DNA of 62,833 nucleotides, filler included, from Thermoplasmatota archaeon (GTDB lineage Archaea; Thermoplasmatota; E2; JACPAO01; JAHFTW01), in assembly GCA_041623215.1 (NCBI GenBank). It is 17 parts of 17 records of this genome, joined end to end, with 100 filler letters (N's around TTAATTAATTAA, not from the genome) between each part and the next. Parts side by side here need not be neighbours in the genome. Positions count along the whole stretch, not along the records: positions 49,519 to 52,882 come from JBFJXH010000175.1; positions 52,983 to 56,260 come from JBFJXH010000177.1; positions 56,361 to 59,549 come from JBFJXH010000178.1; positions 59,650 to 62,833 come from JBFJXH010000179.1; 13 more parts are not named here. One strand, given 5' to 3'. Below the pieces are notes generated by a model. It was given only the letters and a program-made list of their open reading frames with translations. It made no database searches and was not told the DNA's origin. Of the stretch, positions 49,766 through 59,650 are shown in pieces. Made by a program: the position numbers and the translations under genes. The stretch's first letter is position 1. Every line of letters begins with the position of its first letter.

Positions 49766-51966
49766 TCCACCATTGCTTCCAGAAACATTTCCGTATCACC
49801 AGCGCGCGGCTCAATGAACTTCATGCCAATGCCGCCGCTTCGCAGCAACCCAAGAATCTTGGGCAGCGTGGTCTTCAGATCCTGCACAATCAGTTCCATC
49901 TCCGTGAGCCGCGCTTCGGCCCGGAACACCCCAGGCAGGGCCATGATTTGTGGGATGAATTTCTTCGGGTCGCGGTCCAGAACCAAGTCGAACCAGAAGA
50001 TGTCTTCGTCAACAAGGTCCCGATTGCCAAGGCCAATGGTCGCATCATCCCGTACTTCGCGAAGCAACTGTGCTTGTGCCTCGTCGTTCAAGCCACCATC
50101 CTGTAGTTGCAAGTACCGTCCATATTGACCGCCCGCCTTGGCAAGCGTCGCATGGTCTCCTTGCTCCACAATCTCGCCTTTTTCCAAAATGACGATGTTG
50201 TCTGCCTCGCGAATCGTACTCAATCGGTGCGCCACCGCCAGTACGGTTCGGCCCTTGCCAAGGCGCGTGAGCGCCTGCTGTACGAGACGTTCGGATGCTG
50301 TGTCCAGCGCGCTGGTTGCTTCGTCCAAGATGAGTAGGTCAGGGTCGGCCAAGACTGCCCGGGCGATGGCAATCCGTTGTCGCTGGCCACCGGATAGGCG
50401 CGTGCCACGGTCCCCGACCATCGTCATCATGTCTTGGGGCAATTCGCGAATGAAGGCCTCGGCGTCGGCAATCCGTGCCGCTTCCTGAACCTCAGCATCC
50501 GAGGCGTCCGGGCGGCCGAAACGGATGTTTTCCAGCACCGTGTCATTGAACAGGAACGTGTCCTGCGACACGACCGCGATGCGCGCACGCCAGGAGTCCA
50601 CTTCGAAATCCGGCAGCGGTTTGCCATCAACGAGGACCTTGCCTTGGGTCGGGTCATACAGCCGCGCCACGAGGTCAACGAGCGTCGACTTGCCCGCCCC
50701 TGAGCCTCCTACAACCGCAGTCATCTTGCCCTTCGGAATGTCCATGGTAATGCCGTTGAGGACCCACGGTTCTTTGTCGCCGTAGCGGAAGGATACGTTG
50801 TCAAGCTTGATGCCTCGCTGCATCCGCGCAAAGGTTTGCTTGCCGTCGGGCAATTCCGAGCGCCGAGGGTCGCGCATGAAGGCAAGGAGTGTCTCCATGG
50901 CAGGCATTTCTTTAGCAAGATTGGCGCGGCGCTTGGCGAATTTGCCCGTCTTACCCATGAGCTGAGAATTGACGATGACGAAGGCGGTCAGGATGGCGAC
51001 CCATGCATCGTCCGAGCGATCCAACAGGAATGTGGCCAAGATGATGAGGCCGGCGAAGAAACCCATCGACAAGATGCCAAACAGAGGCGCTACGAGGCCC
51101 GAGAGCCAGGCATTGCGATACTGGATACGCTGGAAGTCAATGAGTTGGTCTTCGAATCGCTGCTTCGTCGTCTTGGTGCGTCCAAACAAGTGGAAGGTCT
51201 TGAGACCCTGGATTGCCTCCAGCGAGAACCGATGAAGCTCCATGCGCTGCTCACGCATGTCAATGGATTGGCGCCGTAGGACCACGTTGAGTCGGCTAAT
51301 CATCCATGTCACCAGCACGGCGAGGGTGAGCGCCACCGCCGTCATCGTGACGTCGAAGGACGCCATGGCAATGACGGCTGCAATGACCATGGTGGAATTG
51401 TGCATGGCCTTGATGTATTCATTGACAATCTTGGTCCCCGACGACGGGAAAGAGTGGAGAATCGTGAACAAGTTGCCTTGTCGATACCGGCCAATGTAGC
51501 GCATCTCCGTGTCCATCATGGTGCGGAAAATGTCGAACCGTATGTCGCGCTGGACCCGAAGCAGCATGTATTGCAAGGTGCGATCGGCCAAGTAGAGAAC
51601 GACCGCTTTGGCGACCTGTGTAGCAACCAACAGGCCGGCTACGAACCGGATGCGCTCCACGATGGTATAGTCCTCAAAGAGGGCTACCAAGAAGGCCAGC
51701 GGCGTGGCATCCACCAATCCTCCGTTGCCGCCTTGCAGGGCATCCAGGAACGGCAAGAACAGGGCGATGCTGAAGAGGTCAAGCCCAATCAGGATGCCAA
51801 TCGCCAGGAACGTCACGAGGACCAAGAACGGGTGCCGCATGACCTTCCCCATCAGGTAGATGAGAACGGGGGGCGAAATGATGCGGCTGTCCAGCTTGCG
51901 CTTGGACAAAGCCTTCCGCAGGTCGGTACTGTCAAGGACGGCCGTTGCCGACGACGCCTTACTCAC
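49747..51966 (-). CDS. ABC exporter, fused TMD-NBD (MsbA/HepA-like) with an extra C-terminal domain
   Basis: TMD, GGSGAGKST, LSGGQRQR, ILDEATSALD, AHRLST; about 115-aa C-terminal extension. Confidence 0.92.
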   Translation of the reverse strand: MSKASSATAVLDSTDLRKALSKRKLDSRIISPPVLIYLMGKVMRHPFLVLVTFLAIGILIGLDLFSIALFLPFLDALQGGNGGLVDATPLAFLVALFEDYTIVERIRFVAGLLVATQVAKAVVLYLADRTLQYMLLRVQRDIRFDIFRTMMDTEMRYIGRYRQGNLFTILHSFPSSGTKIVNEYIKAMHNSTMVIAAVIAMASFDVTMTAVALTLAVLVTWMISRLNVVLRRQSIDMREQRMELHRFSLEAIQGLKTFHLFGRTKTTKQRFEDQLIDFQRIQYRNAWLSGLVAPLFGILSMGFFAGLIILATFLLDRSDDAWVAILTAFVIVNSQLMGKTGKFAKRRANLAKEMPAMETLLAFMRDPRRSELPDGKQTFARMQRGIKLDNVSFRYGDKEPWVLNGITMDIPKGKMTAVVGGSGAGKSTLVDLVARLYDPTQGKVLVDGKPLPDFEVDSWRARIAVVSQDTFLFNDTVLENIRFGRPDASDAEVQEAARIADAEAFIRELPQDMMTMVGDRGTRLSGGQRQRIAIARAVLADPDLLILDEATSALDTASERLVQQALTRLGKGRTVLAVAHRLSTIREADNIVILEKGEIVEQGDHATLAKAGGQYGRYLQLQDGGLNDEAQAQLLREVRDDATIGLGNRDLVDEDIFWFDLVLDRDPKKFIPQIMALPGVFRAEARLTEMELIVQDLKTTLPKILGLLRSGGIGMKFIEPRAGDTEMFLEAMVDQTPSR

Positions 51967-52029
51967 ACGTCGGCCACGGACCTGGGGTTCAAGAAGCCGC
52001 CTTTGAGGGGCTGTGGGAGGCTTGGAGGC

Positions 52030-52882
52030 TCACCGCGAATTCGCCGCGTAGGTGTCAAACACGTACAGGTCGTCAGCGCGGAGCCCCAGCACCATGTCCA
52101 ATTCCTGCGGTGTCAGGAAGGGTTTGTTGTACCGTCCGGCATCGTCGATGGGTACGCGGGGGCACGCCGTGCCAACGAACGCATCTAGGTGGCGGAAGTA
52201 GAGGAGGTCATCAGGACTAATCTGCTTGTCTTGGATAATCCAGCCACGTTTGCCGTTCTCCACCAATTTGCGCTGAATCTTTTGCGCCATGTCAAAGCGG
52301 ATTTGCCCGCCCTTCGTACTGACGATGATGCCAAAGGTTTCGGCGTCTTTGGCCAACGCCATGGCGGCGTAGCGCTGCTTCAGAATGCGGTGGCGCGCTG
52401 CGTCGAGCCGACCGACGGTGTCGTGGTACGGGTCGCACGCGATGATGGGCTTCTGAGTTTCAAGTGCCAACGCCAGGGGATGAAAATCGCCGCTGCCGAT
52501 GTAGAGAAAACAGTCGGCGTCGCGCACGTGGGTGGCCGCCATGACATTGCAGCCAAGCAGTTGGCCGGCCTTGGCCGTGCGGTCGTCGCCGCGTCCGACG
52601 GCCACTTGGTAGCCGGCTTCTTCTACAACACGCCGTGCGTCCTCTAATTTGTGGATATGCTGGGCCGTCGTGGTGAGTGCAATGGTGGTGGTGCCTTCGG
52701 GCACCTCGGCGAGGGCAGCGGTCGTGATTTTGGTGATATCGTGGGTGCTGCGGGCGGGGACGAAGTAGACCGTCACGCCGTGCTTGGTGGGAACGCTTGG
52801 CATTTGCGTGTGGCCAAAGTGCAGCAGCACCGTCACGCCGAGCTTTGCCATCTCGTCGTCGCAAAGGTCGCAGGCACCGTAA
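52030..52882 (-). CDS. dph2: 2-(3-amino-3-carboxypropyl)histidine synthase (diphthamide biosynthesis), 5' truncated
   Basis: YGACDL at the contig edge, LHFGH, TTAQH, GQLLGC, GSGDFH, STKGGQ, TACPRV. Confidence 0.93.
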
Positions 52883-52982
52883 NNNNNNNNNNNNNNNNNN
52901 NNNNNNNNNNNNNNNNNNNNNNNNNNTTAATTAATTAANNNNNNNNNNNNNNNNNNNNNNNNNNNNNNNNNNNNNNNNNNNN

Positions 52983-55900
52983 GGTGTATGGACCGCCACC
53001 GCTGAACACTGGTTTGACGATGGCAGCGGGTTCGCCCTCAACGATGGCCCGGTTAGCGTGACCTTTACCGTCGGCGATGGGCCCGATACCGAAGCCCCGT
53101 CCCAAGCCACCGGCTTAGAGGCGACGGCTACCGGACCGGACGCCATTGACCTGACCTGGAACGCCGCCACCGACAACGTCGGCGTCGACCACTACAATGT
53201 CTACCGCAGCGCTACCGCCGGATTCACGGCCGGCCCGGCTAACCTCGTTGCCACACCTACTGGCACCAGCTACACCGACAGTGGTCTAGCCGCGCAAACG
53301 ACGTATTACTACCAAGTCACGGCCGAAGACGCTGCCGGCAACGAAGGCACGGCGAGCGCCGAAGCGAGCGCAACCACCGAATCGCAACCGGTTTCCCAGG
53401 AAACGGTGAAACTGTACCTCGACGGCGCCAGCACGCCGTTTGCCACCCTATCCATCACTACGGGCGGCGTTGGAACCGCGTCGTGGACGACGCCGTTTGA
53501 CACCACGACCGTCACGGATGGCTTCCACGACATCACGGCCGTCTATGATGATGGCAATGGAGGCAGTGCGCAAGACTCGGTTCGCTTCTACACAGCCAAC
53601 AACGCCGCGATTAGCATTGATTCGCCAACCGACGGTAGCGACGTTCTCCAAGACTTCGAGGCCAGTGGCACAGTCAGCTTGCCAGCTAGCCAGCAAGGCG
53701 TGCGTCTTGTGAACCTGGATGGCACCACGAATAGCGACCACTTCGGCTTGACTGCCCGGGACCACCCGGCCTACCAAGCCATTGAATCGTCCTTGGCCCA
53801 AGAATCCGGCTTCGTGCTTCTAACCCCGGTTCTAGATGGCCGCAAGATTCTCGTGGCCTTCTTCGAAGGCGACGTGCCGAACCAACTGCCACTAGAATTG
53901 CTGCCCGAAGGCTGGCAACTCTTGGCTGCCGGCGACCTGAAGCTCGAACAAACGCGTCTGGAGGTTCCCGAAGACCAAGTGATCTTCATGGACGAGCCGG
54001 CACCCCGTGCACCCGAGCCGACGGTCACTCATGATGGCATTGGCCCGGGCAGCACCTTGCTAATCTACTATGGTGGTGGCGTGGGCGTCTGCACGGCCAA
54101 CTACATTTGGGAAAATACCGCAACCAAGGAGCTGTACATTGGCGCTGCTGGTCACTGCTTCATGCCTCAGGACCGCGAGTCCACGCATGGCTCCGGTGCG
54201 GACTGGAATCCCTCATCCGTAACCGAGATCTGGGTGTGCAAGGGCAACTGCCTGGGTGGCGGAGGCGGCCTTGGCAGCGGCTTTGTGGGCATCCACAACG
54301 TCGCCGGCCAGATGGTGACCCTTGGTTCTAACAGCCTTGTTTACGCACGGCAATCAACTGGCACGGCGGAGGTCGGCCACGACTTCGGCATCGCCAAGAT
54401 TCCTGACGCGCTTCGCGACATCGTTCGCCCTGAAATGAAGGTGTGGAAAGGCCCCACCGGTGCAGCGAACACCAACAACGGCGACTTCTTGGCCCAATAC
54501 GGCAACTCCATTGTCTTTGGTGAAACACCTGCGACGCAAGCACGCGCCGGCTTCGGCTACGCCACCGGCGGCGGTGCCTGGCGCGGCGTCTTGCCCAGTG
54601 CCCAAGGGGACTCAGGCAGCGCCGTGAACGGGCTACTGCTCGGCGGCGAGGATCTGGCCGCGGGAACGACCGCGCGCGGTGTCCTCACGCACTTGTCCCC
54701 GGCGGGCTTTAGCTTCCCCACCATTCCCGCCGGCATCACGGCCGGTACCACGGTGGACCGCGCCATCCAAATGGCCCAGAACGACGCCGGCATCAGTCTG
54801 CGCCTCGTTCTCGAAGGCGAAGACGTCACCTCCGTTGGCCCGACGCCACCAGCTGCCCCGCAGACCCTGTCGGCGACGCCCGGCAGCGGCCAGGTAAGCC
54901 TGACGTGGGGTGCCCCAATCAGCGATGGCGGTGCAACCATCACGGATTACACGGTGAAGTGGGGCACGTCGAGTGGCTCCTACTCCGACAGCACGAGTGC
55001 GGGTACTGACATGGCAGAGACCATTACGGGCCTTACCAACGGCGTCACGTACTACTTCAGCGTCAGCGCAACCAACAGCGAGGGCGAAGGTGCCAACAGC
55101 GCAGAAGTGGCAAGCACGCCACAAACTGCGCCCACGGCGCCCGATGCCCCCGGCAACGTCCAGGCCGCTGGCGCCGATGCGAGCATCTTGGTCAGCTGGG
55201 ACGCGCCTAGCAATGGTGGTAGCCCCATCACGGGCTACACGGTCCACTACGGCACCACCACGCAAACCTACACGGCCACCAAGAGCGTCGGCCCCGGCAC
55301 GACCAGCACGACCCTCACGGGCCTCACCAACGGCCAAACGTATTTCCTGGCCGTTGACGCAACCAACAGCGTCGGCACCAGTGCCTTGTCCTCCGAAGTG
55401 ACCGCCACGCCGGTCGCTGGCCCGCCCACCGACTACAGCGTCCAAGTGCGCGCAACCAACGCCGGCGGCACGGTCCAAGACTGGACCGACGCAACCCTGG
55501 CCGGCAGCATGTGGACGTACGACTTCACCGGCATGCCGCTTGGTGACCTCAACGTCGAAGCTCGCCTGAGCCAAAACACACAGACGGTTGACACGGACAG
55601 TGTGACCGTCACGGTGGTGCAAGCCAACCAACCCCCGACTGCCAACGCCGGTGCCGACCAATCGGTCGAAGCTGGCACCACCGCGTTCCTTAACGCCGGC
55701 GCTAGCATCGATCCTGACGGCGACATCCTCTCGTATCAGTGGACGCAACTCTCGGGCACGCCCGTTGCCTTGGCTGATGACGACACCGTCCAGGCCTCCT
55801 TCGAAGTGCCCCGTGATGCGGGTACCATGCTCTTCCAGGTGACCGCGACGGACCCGCACGGCGAGTCGGACCCCGACACCGTCAGCGTCACGTCGTTCAA

Positions 55901-56260
55901 TGCGGACGAACTGACCTTTACGTCCATCAATGGAGAAGCGTACAACCCGGTGAACGAGCCATACGGGGTCTACGAAGGCATCATCCCGGTTGGAGGCGCA
56001 GCCAGTCTCAGTGGCGGCGTCAGCGAGCAGGAACCCAACAATGCCCCCACGGCGGACATCTGCAACGTAACCATCACTGGCCTTCAGTTCAGTGCGGACA
56101 GTTGCAGCTTCGACCCCGATGCGGGCGACACCCTGACCCTCAACTGGGCCTTCGGGGATGGCAGCGTGGCAACGGGATCCAGCGTCGCCTACACGTACAG
56201 CGGAGCGGGTACCTACACGGTCACCTTGATGGTCTTCGACAATCACGGTGGAAGCTCGCA
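52983..56260 (+). CDS. Very large multidomain secreted protein: FN3, Ig-like, internal chymotrypsin-like (S1) protease, two FN3 and two PKD domains (truncated at both ends)
   Basis: Frame open across the whole contig; W.AATDNVGV..Y.VYR FN3; AAGHC, DFG and GDSGS triad; NQPPTANAGADQ and WAFGDG..Y..AGTYTVTL PKD motifs. Confidence 0.85.
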
Positions 56261-56360
56261 NNNNNNNNNNNNNNNNNNNNNNNNNNNNNNNNNNNNNNNN
56301 NNNNTTAATTAATTAANNNNNNNNNNNNNNNNNNNNNNNNNNNNNNNNNNNNNNNNNNNN

Positions 56361-56882
56361 GTCATCATCAGTGGGCCCTGCGACGCCACCATCCGATTCA
56401 CCAACGACGCCATTGAGGAAAGCGACGGCGGCCGTCCATTGCCTGAACCTGTAGAGGCAACGGACGCGTTTGACCTGCGCCTGGAAGCAGGATGGAAAAC
56501 TGCCATCATCGACGTAGTGTTCAACCCCGACGCTCACCCTGGCCTGGATGGCCTTCGCCTGAGCGCTAATGGCCGCGATGCGCAAGCCAACGTCTGGGTG
56601 TACGAACGGTACCGCACCGTGCACGGCGCCGACCCCTTTACCCTGCGCATTGACGCGGGCGCCGAGTACGAAACCGGCTTTGTCGCCGTACCCATCAATG
56701 CCACCGATATGCAATTGAACGTGTACCCGCACAGTCATGGCTACAAGCAAGTCTGCGACCCAGGCATCTACGACGGGAGTTGCTTCCTCGGCCTAGGAGC
56801 AGGTGCCCAAGTAGAGTTCGAGCTTCTCGTTACCGTGTTCTACATTGAGCCGGCACCGGATGGCTGGACCAGCCTGCAATGA
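56361..56882 (+). CDS. Hypothetical protein (5' truncated)
   Basis: Open frame; ATGA overlap with the MMPL gene. Confidence 0.6.
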   Translation, partial: VIISGPCDATIRFTNDAIEESDGGRPLPEPVEATDAFDLRLEAGWKTAIIDVVFNPDAHPGLDGLRLSANGRDAQANVWVYERYRTVHGADPFTLRIDAGAEYETGFVAVPINATDMQLNVYPHSHGYKQVCDPGIYDGSCFLGLGAGAQVEFELLVTVFYIEPAPDGWTSLQ

Positions 56883-59326
56883 TTGCTTGGACGCGCCGGC
56901 AGGCACTGTCCATCCTAGCCGTTGGCTTGGCGGCCACGACCGGCATGGCCTTGGCATCTACCAGTCTCGAAACGGAGGTAGACTTCGTCGATGCCGTGCC
57001 AGACCACGACGGCCTAGCATCCTACCGGGCCCTGCTAAGCGAATTAGACGGCGTCCATTTCCTTGCCATCTACCATGCGCATGACACAACCAGTGGGACA
57101 GATCACCTCCGTGGCGAAGCGTTCGATGCATTAGTCATGGAGCAAGCGCGGCTCGGGGCAGACCTACGGGCTGCTTTTCCGGGCATGTTCAGCCACGAAC
57201 TGAACGTTGCAGAAGCCATGCGGGCGGGGAACTATATGCTGGAAAAAATGGCAACCGGCGGCCAGGCGCGTCCTGAATCCTATGCGCTTCCATCGGACCC
57301 GGTGCGCTACCAAGCCGTGCGCGACCAAGCGCTTGCGGGCGACAGCCTCGACGCAGTCCTCGCACCCGATGGCTCAAGCGCACTCAGTCTTTGGTTTGTC
57401 ACAGCACGCGATTCCGCCGCCGCACGCGTCTTGGCCCTAGACGTAAACAATTGGCTCGCCGACTGGGCGGCAACGTCCGCGAATCACCCCACCACAACGC
57501 AGCACGCGTTGACGGGGCTCCTATGGGCGCGTGCTTACACCGACCAAGTCAACCGCGAAGAAACCACACACTGGGGCATCCTGGCCGGCGCTGCGGTCGC
57601 ACTTTCTCTTCTTTGGGTCCTGCGACGACCCAGCAACGTCCTCCTAGCCGTGGTGACGCTGGCCGTGGCGCTCGTTTGGACCTACGGCACCATGGCACTC
57701 CTGGGCATTCGCATTAGCTTCCTGACGGCGTTTCTGGCGCCGGTCGTGATTGGCATTGGCATCGACTATGCCGTGCACCTTCTCCACCGGTTCGACGAAC
57801 AACTGGCCCGCGGGGATTCGGTGGACGGCGCCTTGATGGCCGCCCTAGCAGGGAGCGGGCCGGCCGTTGCGCTTGCAGCCTTGACCACGGCCGCTGGGTT
57901 AGCAGTCCTGCTGCTGGTTCCAGCACCCCTCTTTGCTGAGATTGGAGGCGTCGCGGCCATCGGCATCCTCATGGCCGCCCTGGCGACCTTCACCATCACG
58001 CCCGCGCTGCGACGCTTGCTGCCGGCACGTCGGTCGCGACGACACCCAGCCAGGCGGGCCAAGCTCAGTTGGTGGATGCGATTTGGGGACCTACCCCCAC
58101 GCGCCACCATCCTCATTCTCGTCGCCATTACGGCCGTCGCGGGCACGGCAGCGGCAACGGGCACCGAAGTGGCATCGGGCAGTGCCCAAAACGAGTTCCC
58201 ACAGGACGACCCAACCATCGAATTGCAGCAACGAATTGAGTCGGAGTACGGGGCGTTTGCCCGCGCCTACCTGGTCGTGGAAGGGCCCATGGACCGCGCC
58301 CAGGCGCTCCAGGCAATCCACGATGCAACGTTGGCAAGCCACGAAGCTCCGTTGTGGCGTGACGCCACCAGCGTCGCCGATGTGGTTCTCGCAGACCGCG
58401 CCACCGACCAGGGCGCTGTTGACGTCGGCCTTTCCACCTTGTTGACGCCGGCAGGGCAGCCCTCTCCGGCCGCCGGTCTGCCCGCAACCGACGAAGAGGC
58501 GCGGGCCTCCCTCGATGCTCTCTTCGCGGATCCCTTGTGGCGCACCATCGCGCCCTTCACCATCAGCCGCGACTACCAGCTCGCCGTGGTCGCCGTCACG
58601 CTAGACCCATGGCAAACACAAGGCGAACTGCAAGCCGTGGCCCGCGAGCTCCGGGCGCAAGCCGCCACGTTGCAGGGCACGCTCGGCGACGACTACCATG
58701 TAGCCGCCGCGGGCGGGCCTCTGAATCGACACGCCATCGTCGAGCAGACCCCCAGCGATGTGGCGCTAGCAACCATCGGCACGACTGCGGTGGTATTTGT
58801 GTGTCTGGCCACGGCATGGCGGCGTCGCCCGCGCGGCGTCCTCATTGCAGCAGCGGCCGCAGGAACAGTCCTCGTCGCGGCCCTCTGGTTACTTGCCACC
58901 ATTCCGGTGCTAGACGCCTGGTACGCCTGGGGCCACGGTGCCCTGGGATGGCCCGCCAACAGCGCCACGCTCAACGACATGTTCCTGCTGGCGTTTGCCA
59001 TCACGGTAGCCGCTGGCATCGACGACTGGGTCCATTTTGCCCACCGGACCTGGAGCACGGGAAGTACCCAGGAAACGCTCCGGACCACGGGCCGGGCGCT
59101 GACCGGAACCACGCTGACGACCACGGCGGCCTTTGCCACAATGGCCGGCATCTACTTCCTGCAATCCAAGAATCTGGCCATCCTCACAGCCGTCGGTGTT
59201 GCTTCGGCTTACCTCCTAACCATGGCCGTTGCGCCAGTTCTGATGCGGGGGGCCGTGGCCACGCACGCTGACGGGCGAGGCCCCTCCCCAACCACGCCGC
59301 CTCGCACCACCACCTCCGGCGACTAG
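56879..59326 (+). CDS. MMPL/RND-family (HAE3-like) lipid/hydrophobe transporter
   Basis: Two repeats of 1 TM + extracellular domain + 5 [32 protein letters not shown]. Confidence 0.85.
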   Translation: MIAWTRRQALSILAVGLAATTGMALASTSLETEVDFVDAVPDHDGLASYRALLSELDGVHFLAIYHAHDTTSGTDHLRGEAFDALVMEQARLGADLRAAFPGMFSHELNVAEAMRAGNYMLEKMATGGQARPESYALPSDPVRYQAVRDQALAGDSLDAVLAPDGSSALSLWFVTARDSAAARVLALDVNNWLADWAATSANHPTTTQHALTGLLWARAYTDQVNREETTHWGILAGAAVALSLLWVLRRPSNVLLAVVTLAVALVWTYGTMALLGIRISFLTAFLAPVVIGIGIDYAVHLLHRFDEQLARGDSVDGALMAALAGSGPAVALAALTTAAGLAVLLLVPAPLFAEIGGVAAIGILMAALATFTITPALRRLLPARRSRRHPARRAKLSWWMRFGDLPPRATILILVAITAVAGTAAATGTEVASGSAQNEFPQDDPTIELQQRIESEYGAFARAYLVVEGPMDRAQALQAIHDATLASHEAPLWRDATSVADVVLADRATDQGAVDVGLSTLLTPAGQPSPAAGLPATDEEARASLDALFADPLWRTIAPFTISRDYQLAVVAVTLDPWQTQGELQAVARELRAQAATLQGTLGDDYHVAAAGGPLNRHAIVEQTPSDVALATIGTTAVVFVCLATAWRRRPRGVLIAAAAAGTVLVAALWLLATIPVLDAWYAWGHGALGWPANSATLNDMFLLAFAITVAAGIDDWVHFAHRTWSTGSTQETLRTTGRALTGTTLTTTAAFATMAGIYFLQSKNLAILTAVGVASAYLLTMAVAPVLMRGAVATHADGRGPSPTTPPRTTTSGD

Positions 59327-59549
59327 TGTTCGCCACCGACTGGATGATGCACACCGGCACCCGCTGCGACCGACCCCACGACCCGGACCTCGTAATCAGA
59401 GTGGGCCCCCAGAACCGCCAGTGCCGCATCAACCGCGTCTGCAGGGACCACCACAACGAAGCCCATTCCCATGTTGAAGGTGCGATACATTTCATGGTCC
59501 GCGACGCCGCCCAAGTCCTGGATACGGCGGAAGACGGATGGAACAGGCA
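59323..59549 (-). CDS. purM: Phosphoribosylformylglycinamidine cyclo-ligase, C-terminal fragment
   Basis: [34 protein letters not shown]. Confidence 0.88.
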
Positions 59550-59650
59550 NNNNNNNNNNNNNNNNNNNNNNNNNNNNNNNNNNNNNNNNNNNNTTAATTA
59601 ATTAANNNNNNNNNNNNNNNNNNNNNNNNNNNNNNNNNNNNNNNNNNNNC

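Noticed and set aside
4011..59649. Regularly recurring TTAATTAATTAA flanked by N runs, as a repeat family or array
   Set aside because: Artificial contig linker; ORFs ending in X..LIN are artefacts of it.
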